Assembly: GCF_000007985.2 (NCBI RefSeq)
Contig: NC_002939.5
Coordinates: 1,800,001 to 1,832,000, forward strand
DNA length: 32,000 bases
Direction: 5' to 3'
Source of the DNA: Geobacter sulfurreducens PCA
GTDB taxonomy: Bacteria > Desulfobacterota > Desulfuromonadia > Geobacterales > Geobacteraceae
Shown: piece after piece, positions 1-9,097 of the stretch
How positions within the stretch are numbered: position 1 is the stretch's first letter
Layout: the number at the start of each line of letters is the position of its first letter
Notes under the pieces: model-generated
Seen by the model: only the letters and a program-made list of their open reading frames with translations
Told to the model about the DNA's origin: nothing
Databases searched by the model: none
Program-made: the position numbers and the translations under genes

Positions 1-1
1 C

Positions 2-895
<894 letters not shown>

Positions 896-915
896 TACGT
901 CCTTTCCCGCCTTCC

Positions 916-972
916 GTTACCGGAAAGAGCCCATTGGGCGAGGGCTCTTTCCGGTAACTGTTCCTTTTCTGT
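916..972 (+). terminator. rho-independent terminator after cydB
   Basis: Perfect 17-bp inverted repeat: gttaccggaaagagccc (916-932) pairs with gggctctttccggtaac (942-958), with a 9-nt loop. A T-rich tract tgttccttttctg follows. Confidence 0.75.
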
Positions 973-1176
973 AATCCTGTTTTTCCTGATGCAGCCAACC
1001 TGAAATCCGCCGATATGTTTAGAGACAACGGCTCAGCCACATGAACATCGCATCGGCACGACAATGCGGCGGATAGACGCTTTGCGTACGGTTTTTGTGG
1101 AGAGATTCGGTCAGTTGCTATTACGTTTTGCGACCTGTGGAATGTGCGGGGTTGGAACCATCGAGGACGGGAAGCG

Positions 1177-1205
1177 ATAGGGGGGACGACGACTGTCCCC
1201 CCTAT
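1177..1205 (-). terminator. hairpin downstream of the ferritin-like gene (possible terminator, no U-tract)
   Basis: Perfect 11-bp stem: ataggggggac (1177-1187) pairs with gtcccccctat (1195-1205), with a 7-nt loop, 20 nt past the TAG stop at 1225-1227. No T-run follows on the minus strand. Confidence 0.4.
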
Positions 1206-1224
1206 ACCCGATTGCTGGTGCGTG

Positions 1225-1719
1225 CTATTCCCGAACATAGGTGTCCATGTCGGACTCGTGCACCATGGCCATGAGCCGCGCGTACTCGGACTCTATCATT
1301 TCATAATGGTTACGGGTCTCCCTGGCGTTCAGTTCGAACACCGCGCGTACCTGGGGATCGGCAATACGGGCTGCGGTTTCCCGCAGGGCCTTTTCCAGGC
1401 CCAACTCCTTTTCCATGGCAAGCTCCATTGCCTTCTGCTCGGTAAAGTCGGCATCTATGGTTTTGGCCAGGGATGCCATCCAGTCTGAGGCATGGTCGGG
1501 AGGAGTGTTCAGAAATGCTTCCAGATCCGGGATGTCGTTTCTCTGGTAGATTTTGTGGAAATGCCCGGCGTGTTCACGCTCTTCGCGGGCCAGAAGCTCA
1601 AAAACCTTTACGGCGTCCGGATTTTTCATCCTGCCGGCGCCAAACTGGTAGAAATTCATGGCATTTTTTTCTGTCTGAATGGACTTGAAAATGGCATCCT
1701 GAACATCGATGTCGAACAT
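1225..1719 (-). CDS. ferritin-like / rubrerythrin-superfamily four-helix-bundle protein (164 aa)
   Basis: I chose the internal ATG at 1719-1717, which is preceded by GGAGG (revcomp of cctcc at about 1727-1731). The longer track ORF reaching 1866 would overlap the divergent gene. The protein has an EREH (ExxH) motif and a second ETRNH motif in helical repeats. Confidence 0.75.
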   Translation of the reverse strand: MFDIDVQDAIFKSIQTEKNAMNFYQFGAGRMKNPDAVKVFELLAREEREHAGHFHKIYQRNDIPDLEAFLNTPPDHASDWMASLAKTIDADFTEQKAMELAMEKELGLEKALRETAARIADPQVRAVFELNARETRNHYEMIESEYARLMAMVHESDMDTYVRE

Positions 1720-1845
1720 GTGCTGCCTCCTTGGGGGCGATGAGAGTAACTGCTTCCGTTTAAACGGTAGCGAACAATGGAGCGATGTCAAACATGATGG
1801 CTGCAGGGGGAGGGGACTCTCTCTCCAGCGGCTAGGAGTGGTCAG

Positions 1846-2796
1846 ATGACGGATGAACAGAGACAATGCCCGTATCCTGTGCTCATAGCCGAGGATAATG
1901 CCCTACTGAGAGCGGTCCTCGAGGGGAATCTGCGCGAGATCGGGTACGACGTGGTTGTTGCCATTGACGGCAAGGATGCTCTCGCGCGTATTCAAAGTGG
2001 CTATTTCCCTCTGGTTATTACCGACTGGGTCATGCCGGTCATGGACGGGCCCGAACTTTGCCGGGCCGTACGGAGCCTTGGTCTTGAGCACTATACCTAC
2101 CTGATCCTCCTCACCTCCCGCGACTCCAAGGAGAGCATCATTTCAGGGCTCGAAGCCGGCGCCGACGAGTATCTAGTGAAGCCGGTGACTCCTGAAGAGC
2201 TCACCGTCCGGCTCATGACCGCCCGTCGTATTATCGATCTGGAAAGCTCGCTCAAGCAAAGCATGGAGGAGGTCCGGCTCCTGACCATGCGTGACCCGCT
2301 CACGGGTATCTACAACAGGCGCTACCTGGAAGACCGGCTGCACCAGGAGGTCAAACGCACCTTCCGCTACGAACGCCCCATCTCGGTAGTCATGTTCGAC
2401 ATTGATCACTTCAAGAGGGTGAACGACACCTGGGGACACCTTGTCGGCGACCAGGTCCTGAAGGCCTGTGCCGAATCGGTCCGCTCCGGGGTCCGCGAAA
2501 ACATCGACTGGCCCGTCCGTTACGGTGGCGAGGAGTTTGTGGTGGTACTTCCTGAAACCGATATGGCAGGTGCGGTTATTGTGGCGGAACGGCTCAGGCA
2601 ACGCATAGCCCTGATACAGACCTCTGTGGGCGATGGGGCCGTGACGGTTACAGCCAGCTTTGGCGTGGCCAGTTTTACCCCTCCGGATCAGAAGGAGGAT
2701 CTCTCCATCGGTGAAGTGCTGCTGGAGCGAGCCGACCGCTGCCTCTATCGGGCTAAGGGGGAGGGGAGAAACCGGGTGTGCAGCGAACAACTCTGA
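1846..2796 (+). CDS. response regulator receiver + GGDEF diguanylate cyclase (PleD-like)
   Basis: REC domain (VITDWVMPVMDG). GGDEF domain with DIDHFKRVNDTWGHLVGD and an intact GGEEF. The I-site position reads ENID rather than RxxD. AGGAG lies 8 nt upstream of the ATG. Confidence 0.9.
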   Translation: MTDEQRQCPYPVLIAEDNALLRAVLEGNLREIGYDVVVAIDGKDALARIQSGYFPLVITDWVMPVMDGPELCRAVRSLGLEHYTYLILLTSRDSKESIISGLEAGADEYLVKPVTPEELTVRLMTARRIIDLESSLKQSMEEVRLLTMRDPLTGIYNRRYLEDRLHQEVKRTFRYERPISVVMFDIDHFKRVNDTWGHLVGDQVLKACAESVRSGVRENIDWPVRYGGEEFVVVLPETDMAGAVIVAERLRQRIALIQTSVGDGAVTVTASFGVASFTPPDQKEDLSIGEVLLERADRCLYRAKGEGRNRVCSEQL

Positions 2797-2825
2797 GACG
2801 GCCAGATTGAGCTCTTCATTTTCCG

Positions 2826-2856
2826 GGGCCGCCGGTCGTGCCGGCGGTCTTTGTGC
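2826..2856 (+). terminator. weak hairpin terminator after the REC-GGDEF gene
   Basis: Stem ccgccgg (2829-2835) pairs with ccggcgg (2841-2847), extendable with G-C and G-U pairs, with a 5-nt loop. It is followed by tctttgtg. Confidence 0.35.
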
Positions 2857-2938
2857 GTTCGGCGACTCCGACGTTGACATGCCACGGGCGCCGGGGTAAA
2901 AAGAAAGGTCATTTACTCCGAGGAGGTTGCACGCACGC

Positions 2939-4618
2939 ATGAGCACCGACAGCACGAAAATCATCTACACCATGATGAGGGTGTCCAAGTACTACGACAA
3001 GAAGCCCGTCATCAAGGACATCTCCCTTTCCTATTTTTATGGGGCAAAGATCGGTGTCCTGGGTCTCAACGGCTCGGGCAAGTCGACGCTGCTGCGGATC
3101 ATGGCCGGGGTCGACAAAGACTTCAACGGTCAAGCTGTGCTTTCGCCCGGTTACACCGTCGGCTACCTTGAGCAGGAACCCAAGCTCGACGAGTCGAAAA
3201 CCGTCCGTGAAATCGTCGAGGAAGGGTGCCAGGAAACCGTCAATCTCCTGAACGAATTCAACGAAATCACCGCCGCCTTTGCCGATCCCGACGCTGATAT
3301 GGACAAGCTGCTTGAGCGCCAGGCAGAGGTGCAGGAAAAGCTCGATCACCTGGATGCCTGGGATCTGGACTCGCGCCTGGAAATGGCAATGGATGCCCTG
3401 CGCTGCCCCCCCGGCGACACGCCGGTGAACGTTCTGTCCGGCGGCGAGAAGCGCCGCGTGGCTCTGTGCCGCTTGCTCCTTCAAAAGCCCGACATTCTTC
3501 TGCTGGACGAACCAACCAACCATCTGGACGCCGAAACCGTCGCCTGGCTGGAACATCACCTGCAGAGCTACCCCGGGACGATTATCGCCGTCACCCACGA
3601 CCGGTACTTCCTCGACAACGTTGCCGGCTGGATTCTTGAGCTCGATCGAGGCGAGGGAATACCCTGGAAGGGCAATTATTCCTCGTGGCTTGATCAGAAG
3701 CAGAACCGCCTGGCTCAGGAGGAAAAGGCGGAGAGTGAACGCCAGAAGACCCTGCAGCGCGAGCTCGAGTGGATCAGGATGAGCCCCAAGGGACGCCACG
3801 CCAAAAGCAAGGCGCGCATCAGTTCCTACGAGCAGCTCCTGTCCCAGGAGAGCGAGAGGCGGGCCAAGGACCTGGAGATCTATATCCCGCCCGGTCCCAG
3901 GCTCGGTGATATCGTCATCGAGGCTGACAATGTCTCCAAGGCCTACGGGGACCGCCTGCTGGTCGAGGGGATGAGCTTCCGTCTGCCGCCCGGCGGGATC
4001 GTCGGTGTTATCGGCCCCAACGGAGCGGGCAAAACGACCCTTTTCCGGATGATTACCGGTCAGGAGGAGCCTGATGCCGGCACCATACGCACCGGCGAGA
4101 CGGTGAAAATCGCCTACGTGGACCAGAGCCGCGACGCCCTTGATCCGAACAAGAGTATCTGGGAAGAAATCTCCGGCGGCCAGGAGACGCTTCAGCTCGG
4201 CAAGGTGAGTGTCAATTCCCGCGCCTATGTCTCCCGCTTCAATTTCTCGGGGAGTGATCAGCAGAAAAAAGTGGGGATGCTCTCCGGCGGAGAGCGGAAC
4301 CGGGTCCATATAGCAAAGATGCTCAAGGAGGGAGGAAACGTCATCCTTCTGGACGAGCCGACCAACGATCTGGATGTGAACACCATGCGGGCATTGGAAG
4401 AAGCTCTGGAAAACTTCGCCGGATGCGCTGTGGTAATCTCCCACGACCGATGGTTCCTCGACCGTATCGCCACCCATATCCTCGCCTTCGAAGGGGACAG
4501 CCAGGCAGTCTGGTTCGACGGAAACTACTCGGAATACGAAGAGGATCGCAAGAAGCGCCTCGGTGCCGCCGCTGACATGCCGCACCGGATCAAGTACCGG
4601 CAGTTGACGCGGGTATAA
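2939..4618 (+). CDS. ettA: ABC-F ATPase, energy-dependent translational throttle protein EttA
   Basis: 559 aa. N-terminus [50 protein letters not shown] closely parallels E. coli EttA. Two Walker A motifs ([18 protein letters not shown]) and two LSGGE signatures, with no TM domain. AGGAGG at 2921-2926. The track start at 2927 is a TTG just after the RBS, so ATG 2939 is preferred. Confidence 0.93.
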   Translation: MSTDSTKIIYTMMRVSKYYDKKPVIKDISLSYFYGAKIGVLGLNGSGKSTLLRIMAGVDKDFNGQAVLSPGYTVGYLEQEPKLDESKTVREIVEEGCQETVNLLNEFNEITAAFADPDADMDKLLERQAEVQEKLDHLDAWDLDSRLEMAMDALRCPPGDTPVNVLSGGEKRRVALCRLLLQKPDILLLDEPTNHLDAETVAWLEHHLQSYPGTIIAVTHDRYFLDNVAGWILELDRGEGIPWKGNYSSWLDQKQNRLAQEEKAESERQKTLQRELEWIRMSPKGRHAKSKARISSYEQLLSQESERRAKDLEIYIPPGPRLGDIVIEADNVSKAYGDRLLVEGMSFRLPPGGIVGVIGPNGAGKTTLFRMITGQEEPDAGTIRTGETVKIAYVDQSRDALDPNKSIWEEISGGQETLQLGKVSVNSRAYVSRFNFSGSDQQKKVGMLSGGERNRVHIAKMLKEGGNVILLDEPTNDLDVNTMRALEEALENFAGCAVVISHDRWFLDRIATHILAFEGDSQAVWFDGNYSEYEEDRKKRLGAAADMPHRIKYRQLTRV

Positions 4619-4643
4619 GGACTGCGACAGTAGTTACACGCCC

Positions 4644-4675
4644 AAAAGGGCCGACGGGAAACCGCCGGCCCTTTT
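4644..4675. terminator. bidirectional hairpin terminator between convergent ettA and the lipoprotein gene
   Basis: Perfect 10-bp stem: aaaagggccg (4644-4653) pairs with cggccctttt (4666-4675), with a 12-nt loop. The A-run and T-run arms give a U-tract in both orientations. Confidence 0.75.
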
Positions 4676-4711
4676 GCGCTTCTCTGCAGACCACTCTGGA
4701 TCAGCGGCCCG

Positions 4712-5737
4712 CTATTGGTAGATGATGATTTTCGTCACGAGCCACTGGGTGATGCTGTTGTACTGGGCAATGGTCAGGGCTGCTCCGAAGCTGTGCGTGC
4801 TGGTATAGGGATTGGCATTGGCCGGGACAGCAGCATCGATGGTTCCGTAATAAATACGCCGGTTCTGGGCATCGGCGCCGGCGATCGTTAGTCCGATGTT
4901 TTTCTGTTCATTGGAGGAATTATTCAAGAAGTATCTGATTGAAAAGCTTACGTGGGTAGAGGTTGTGAAATCCTTTGTCGCAGCGAGGGGCTGAGCCACC
5001 GAAATAACATTGGTCGGATCGGCGTTGACCGGGCTCACCGTCGAATAGTTTACAAAGGGCGCCGCTTTGGTCATGCTCGAGAAGTTGGTCCGCACGCCGC
5101 CCACCGTCAGGCGGGTCGTCTTGATTGTCTGATAGGTGGTTGGGGAGGTATGCCGCACGTGCAATGACTGCCCGGCGTTGATGGTGCCGGCCGAACTGGT
5201 GAAGTCGGTGCCGTTGGTGGAGTATTCTCCGTCGGTTATGCTTATGGGCGCCGGAGATGTATTCCCCGTAATTGTCCGGCTGTCCGAGACAATGACGGTG
5301 TTCGGTTCCACATCGAGCTTGGGGGCAAACGTGAAGTCTGTGGCCGTTGAGCTGTTCACAAAGACTGGCGGTTTGCTCATGGTCACGCTGGTAAAGGGAA
5401 TGCTCTCGTTGGCGATGGTCAGAACCGTCGTCATGCTGGAGCTGTAGGCGTTTGAGGTGATGTGACGCACGGTTACGCTTTGGCCCGTTTGTACATTGCC
5501 GCTGGCAGAGGTGTAGGGGGCGCCGTCGATCGAATATTCTCCATTGGCGATGCTGATCGCTGCTGACCCACCCGTAATGGTGAAAGCCTTGGACACCACC
5601 GGGGCGTTACGCTCCGCATCGGCGACGGTTCCTAGACTCCCCTGGTTCGTCTCGGTATCCGGGAACCACTCAAAATCCCCGCAACCGGCAAGGGCAAGAA
5701 CAATCAGCAAAAACGGCAGTGAGCGCGTCGTGGTCAT
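4712..5737 (-). CDS. lipoprotein of unknown function with two tandem beta-rich repeats of about 80 aa
   Basis: Signal peptide plus lipobox LALAGC (Cys19). Ser/Thr/Asn-rich mature part with an internal duplication. A GAGAGG-type RBS lies upstream of ATG 5737. Sampled GC is about 52%. Confidence 0.8.
   Translation of the reverse strand: MTTTRSLPFLLIVLALAGCGDFEWFPDTETNQGSLGTVADAERNAPVVSKAFTITGGSAAISIANGEYSIDGAPYTSASGNVQTGQSVTVRHITSNAYSSSMTTVLTIANESIPFTSVTMSKPPVFVNSSTATDFTFAPKLDVEPNTVIVSDSRTITGNTSPAPISITDGEYSTNGTDFTSSAGTINAGQSLHVRHTSPTTYQTIKTTRLTVGGVRTNFSSMTKAAPFVNYSTVSPVNADPTNVISVAQPLAATKDFTTSTHVSFSIRYFLNNSSNEQKNIGLTIAGADAQNRRIYYGTIDAAVPANANPYTSTHSFGAALTIAQYNSITQWLVTKIIIYQ
5060..5605 (-). repeat. 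in-frame tandem domain duplication inside the lipoprotein gene
   Basis: Repeat 1, aa about 45-122: ..FTITGGSAAISIANGEYSIDGAPYTSASGNVQTGQSVTVRHITSNAYSSSMTTVLTIANESIPFTSVT. Repeat 2, aa about 146-226: ..RTITGNTSPAPISITDGEYSTNGTDFTSSAGTINAGQSLHVRHTSPTTYQTIKTTRLTVGGVRTNFSSMT. The period is about 103 aa. Confidence 0.8.
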
Positions 5738-5860
5738 AGGCCTCTCGTTTCCAGCGGAGTAGCACCGGACAGTGATTGTGGACGGCAGTAAATGAACAGC
5801 TTGGTTACGTCAACGTAATTCTGTAAAGAAATAGTAAAAGATTGCTTTCTGTTACACCAT

Positions 5861-5894
5861 AAAAAAATACGGACGACCGTCGGGTCGTCCGTAT
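5861..5894 (-). terminator. rho-independent terminator of the 66-aa gene
   Basis: Perfect 12-bp stem: atacggacgacc (5867-5878) pairs with ggtcgtccgtat (5883-5894), with a 4-nt loop. On the minus strand it is followed by a T7 run (A-run at 5861-5867 on plus). Confidence 0.85.
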
Positions 5895-5928
5895 GAAAAT
5901 TGTCCGTGTATGGAGGGCAGGATGTTGC

Positions 5929-6129
5929 TCAGAATCCTGAGACGAGGGTGAGGTAACGTCCTTCACTGAGAGTGACAGGGCGCTTCTTTCTTTCCAATGA
6001 AGTCACCGCGTCGACCCATTCTCCGGCACGAAGAAACGACTTGATGCTCCCTTCCCGGATAAGCTGCTTCAGGTTTGCTTCCAGTGCAACGGTGATGGTG
6101 TCGTCAATACAGCGTACAAGTACAACCAT
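5929..6129 (-). CDS. small conserved-looking hypothetical protein (66 aa)
   Basis: ATG 6129 is preceded by a perfect AGGAGG (revcomp of cctcct at 6136-6141). It has its own strong terminator and a plausible promoter. I do not recognise a family. Confidence 0.65.
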   Translation of the reverse strand: MVVLVRCIDDTITVALEANLKQLIREGSIKSFLRAGEWVDAVTSLERKKRPVTLSEGRYLTLVSGF

Positions 6130-6261
6130 TTGTTCCTCCTTAGCGTATTGGCTCGGGGGGGTAGGTTGATGCCGCGCGCTCCACGTGGAGCGTCATCCGG
6201 CTTGCATCGAGCTGATAGTTACGTCACCTCCATTTCTCAACCTGTTTGAACAACGCAGTTA

Positions 6262-6290
6262 TGTATACACAAAAAGAATACGGGAGTAAA
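6262..6290 (-). promoter_or_regulatory. candidate sigma70 promoter for the 66-aa gene
   Basis: On the minus strand: TTTACT (6290-6285), a 17-nt spacer, then TATACA (6267-6262). An AT-rich tract upstream (about 6291-6320) is unusual for this GC-rich window. This would give a leader of about 125 nt. Confidence 0.3.
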
Positions 6291-6340
6291 GATAAAAATT
6301 AGCGAAAATTAACCGTGCATCATGAAGAGCGATCGATACC

Positions 6341-6396
6341 CGCAAAAGCAGATCTGACCGGACCGTGAGCCATGCAATACAGTCCGGACAGATCTG
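6341..6396 (-). terminator. hairpin terminator after the pentahaem cytochrome gene
   Basis: 15-bp stem with one central mismatch: cagatctgaccggac (6349-6363) pairs with gtccggacagatctg (6382-6396). On the minus strand it is followed by cttttgcg. It starts 4 nt past the TAA stop. Confidence 0.65.
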
Positions 6397-6399
6397 GGA

Positions 6400-7212
6400 T
6401 TAGTTCCAGGTCTTTTTAAGAAGGTGGGAAAAAAGTGCCGCCAGTAGGAGTGCCCCTACCACAATGGCACCTATGAATTTGCGCCGTTGCTTTGCTTGGT
6501 CATAGAGTGCCAGGGACTGGTCGATGGCGCTTAGTTCAGAGCGGATTCGTCCCGATTCCTGCTCGACGCGGGCGGTGTCGACTTCATGAAAGAGGCGACG
6601 GAAGGTATTGCGGAGAGCGAACAGGCTTTTTTCCCTGCTGTCCGTGTCGACTCCTTCCCCTTTGAGCAGGCGGATCTTTGCATCTATGACTGCAATCATG
6701 GCCTCGGTACGGGTCATGGCATCTTTGATTGCCGCTGCCCGATCAAAGGAGTGACACGTGCCGCAACGGTTTTCATTGATAATGTCGAGGGTTGCAGCCG
6801 CTACGCGGTGTGATCCGTGGCAGGTGACGCAGGTAGGACCGCCGGTTCCGAGAGCTTTGCCGTGGGCGCTCTTCAGATAATCTTCCGTGATTCCCACATG
6901 ACATCGACCGCAGAATGCCGGGATCTGTTGTTCTGCCGGGGCTCCGATGAATCCCCGGGCAGGGCTCATGGCGTTGACCGCATCGCGGGGATCTCCGCCG
7001 TGGCAGTCGTGGCACGATATGCCGTTTTCCTCATGAATGCTGCCCCGCCACTGTCCCACCGGCACGCCACCTTTGCCTGGCTGGCTGCCGTGACACTGAA
7101 TGCAGACCGTCTCAAGGGCATGAGCGTGCGGTGGCTCCAAGGTTGCAACCAAGAGAGCAAGGATCGAAAGTATGAAAGGGACTCCGGCCCGTGAACGGAA
7201 CGCGAATCTCAT
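6400..7212 (-). CDS. cbcV: membrane-anchored pentahaem c-type cytochrome, subunit of a Rieske/cyt b complex
   Basis: Five CXXCH motifs (CIQCH, CHDCH, CGRCH, CVTCH, CGTCH). Sec signal MRFAFRSRAGVPFILSILALLVATL and a C-terminal TM helix FIGAIVVGALLLAALFSHLL. ATG 7212-7210 overlaps the cyt b stop (ATGA). The track ORF extension to 7425 overlaps cyt b and is rejected. The symbol comes from my memory of G. sulfurreducens Cbc3 (cbcVWX) nomenclature. Confidence 0.85.
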   Translation of the reverse strand: MRFAFRSRAGVPFILSILALLVATLEPPHAHALETVCIQCHGSQPGKGGVPVGQWRGSIHEENGISCHDCHGGDPRDAVNAMSPARGFIGAPAEQQIPAFCGRCHVGITEDYLKSAHGKALGTGGPTCVTCHGSHRVAAATLDIINENRCGTCHSFDRAAAIKDAMTRTEAMIAVIDAKIRLLKGEGVDTDSREKSLFALRNTFRRLFHEVDTARVEQESGRIRSELSAIDQSLALYDQAKQRRKFIGAIVVGALLLAALFSHLLKKTWN

Positions 7213-8312
7213 GAGTAGTGCCCCCAGATGGTCATGGCAAGATAAACGCAGATGCCACCGATAAAACAGGCGAGAAAAAGCGGCCGCTTGAGAGGGTGCC
7301 GCTCTGCGCCGCGGTCGATAAAGGGAAGCAGGGCCAGCAAGCTCATGACCGCCCCCTGAACCATGAGGCCCAGCAGCTCGTTGGGGAAGACCTTGAGGGT
7401 CTGATAGTTTGCTAGAAAGTACCATTCCGGCTTGATGTGAGGTGGGGTCTTGAATGGATCGGCCGGGATAAAGGCGGTGGGGGGAAAGAACAAGTAGGGA
7501 TTGAAGAATACCACGCCGAAGAATAGCGCAAGATAGATGAAAATGGAGGTTGCATCCTGTAGCAGGTAGGTGGGGTAGAACGGGATGCCGTCCGGATGGG
7601 ATTCATGGCGGAACCGGTCCCCGGCCCAGCGGGTGCGCGTATTGGCGAGGCCGAAGGGAGGCGCGGAAACGCCGATCCGCTCAAGCAAAAAGAGATGTGC
7701 TCCGATGAGCGCGGCGATAAGAAGCGGTAACAGTGCCACGTGGACGGCGAAGAATCGGCCGAGGGTCGGCGGTCCGACGAGTTTGCCGCCCCGCAGGAAT
7801 TCCACCAGGTAGCCGCCGATGACCGGTATGGCGCCGGCGCTGTTGGTGGCCACGGTGGTTGCCCAGAATGAGAGCTGGCTCCAAGGGAGGAGGTAGCCGG
7901 TAAGGGATATTCCCAATACCAGGTTGAAAAGGATGAATCCCGTGAGCCAGTTCAGTTCCCGCGGGCGCTTGTAGCTCCCCATGAACAGGACCGACAGCAT
8001 GTGGAGCAGCAGCACCGCCACCATCATGTTTGAACCGACCGCATGGCACATCCGGATGAGCCACCCGAAAGGAACGTCGTTCATTATGGCGGTGACGCTG
8101 CGAAATGCCTTGTCCGCGTCCGGAACGTAGTAGATGAGAAGCAGGATGCCGGTGACCACCTGGATGCCGAAGATTACCAGCAGGACGCTTCCCAGGGAGT
8201 ACCAAGCGTTGATGTTGCGGGGCAGCAGATAGCCGGTCAGGCGTTTCTCAACCAGTTCTGCTATACCGAGGCGCACTTCGAACCATTCTCGGAGTTTATC
8301 CGGCAGAGACAT
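7209..8312 (-). CDS. cbcW: cytochrome b (fused b6 + subunit IV type), 367 aa
   Basis: Bis-His haem ligand patterns H-x13-H (HAVGSNMMVAVLLLH) and H-x14-H (HVALLPLLIAALIGAH). PEWY quinol-site motif (KPEWYFL). ATG 8312 is preceded by GGAGG. The longer track ORF overlaps the Rieske gene. Confidence 0.9.
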   Translation of the reverse strand: MSLPDKLREWFEVRLGIAELVEKRLTGYLLPRNINAWYSLGSVLLVIFGIQVVTGILLLIYYVPDADKAFRSVTAIMNDVPFGWLIRMCHAVGSNMMVAVLLLHMLSVLFMGSYKRPRELNWLTGFILFNLVLGISLTGYLLPWSQLSFWATTVATNSAGAIPVIGGYLVEFLRGGKLVGPPTLGRFFAVHVALLPLLIAALIGAHLFLLERIGVSAPPFGLANTRTRWAGDRFRHESHPDGIPFYPTYLLQDATSIFIYLALFFGVVFFNPYLFFPPTAFIPADPFKTPPHIKPEWYFLANYQTLKVFPNELLGLMVQGAVMSLLALLPFIDRGAERHPLKRPLFLACFIGGICVYLAMTIWGHYS

Positions 8313-8320
8313 GTGGCCTC

Positions 8321-8740
8321 CTATCCGATGGTAACGATGCCGTTTTCCACGGCGAGAGGAAGCCGGGCGAGCGGCTTGGGCGGAGGTCCCGAAAGGACTG
8401 ATCCATCGGCACTGAAACGGCCGCCATGGCAGGGGCAGAGAAAGTCCTGCTTCTCCTTCTCCCACTGGACGATGCACCCCAGGTGGGTACAGACGGCGGA
8501 CAGGGCCATCAGACCGCCGGCCCGCGTTTTGACAACGACGCCGGTAGTGCCGTGGAAATCGAAGAATTTTGCCCCATCGGGCGGGATTTCCGTTTCGGGG
8601 AAGGTCACCTTGCTGCCACTGTTGCTCTCACCCTGCGGGGCGAGATAGCGAAACACGGGGTAGGTTGCCGCCGCACCACCTGCAAGGGCGATGGCGCCGA
8701 GGCAATATCCGAGAAACGTTCGTCTCGTGCTGGCCTGCAT
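8321..8740 (-). CDS. cbcX: Rieske 2Fe-2S subunit with a Tat signal
   Basis: Twin-arginine motif STRRTFLGY, and cluster boxes CTHLGC and CPCHGG. It is the first gene of the three-gene minus-strand operon. Confidence 0.9.
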   Translation of the reverse strand: MQASTRRTFLGYCLGAIALAGGAAATYPVFRYLAPQGESNSGSKVTFPETEIPPDGAKFFDFHGTTGVVVKTRAGGLMALSAVCTHLGCIVQWEKEKQDFLCPCHGGRFSADGSVLSGPPPKPLARLPLAVENGIVTIG

Positions 8741-9097
8741 GGGACCTCCATCAGATCAGTTTCGCGTTTTAGAGCTTGGTGCAACCAGAGCGGTGAGGGT
8801 ACGCCTCGCGCCGTCACGGCATGCAGGTCCTCGCACAATCCTTGATGCAGTTCTGCTACGCCTGCGGTTGTGCTTAATCGGCCCGGTCGCATCAGTTGCG
8901 CACGCGGGAACGATTCCGTGCAACGTTAGTTGCGAACAAGCTCTTAGTATAGCGGTTGAGCCCCGGTTTGCAATCGCAAGTACGTGTCGACCCAACGGCG
9001 GCATGGGCTGCAGAGGTTACATTTCGCTTGATTCTACGCCATGTTTACATGTAATCTTTGAGCGTTTTCACCTATCCGATACTTCAGGAGGATGCGA

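Noticed and set aside
1079-1139. GEMM-I-like fragments on the minus strand (CACAGGTCGCAAAAC ... GTACGCAAAGCG) in the cydB / ferritin-like intergenic region. These are tempting given the cyclic-dinucleotide theme.
   Set aside because: The 37-nt spacer between the two boxes does not fold into a P1b hairpin with a GNRA loop, and no P2 helix or tetraloop receptor is evident. On that strand there is no downstream gene to regulate, because the RNA would run antisense into cydB. Only a cmsearch with RF01051 could rescue it.
2909-4585. A 558-aa ORF on the minus strand, exactly antisense to ettA.
   Set aside because: It is a shadow ORF of a high-GC gene. ettA on the plus strand has unmistakable ABC-F motifs. 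The antisense product is low-complexity (G/V/D/L/A-rich), has no RBS and no recognisable motif.
7213-8477. Long N-terminal extensions of the track ORFs for the cytochrome c (to 7425) and cytochrome b (to 8477), and likewise for the ferritin-like gene (to 1866).
   Set aside because: The extensions overlap the upstream gene's coding region and encode Arg/Pro/Gly-rich junk. Internal ATGs with GGAGG-type RBSs (or ATGA stop-start overlap) give proteins that start with a proper signal peptide or a conserved N-terminus.
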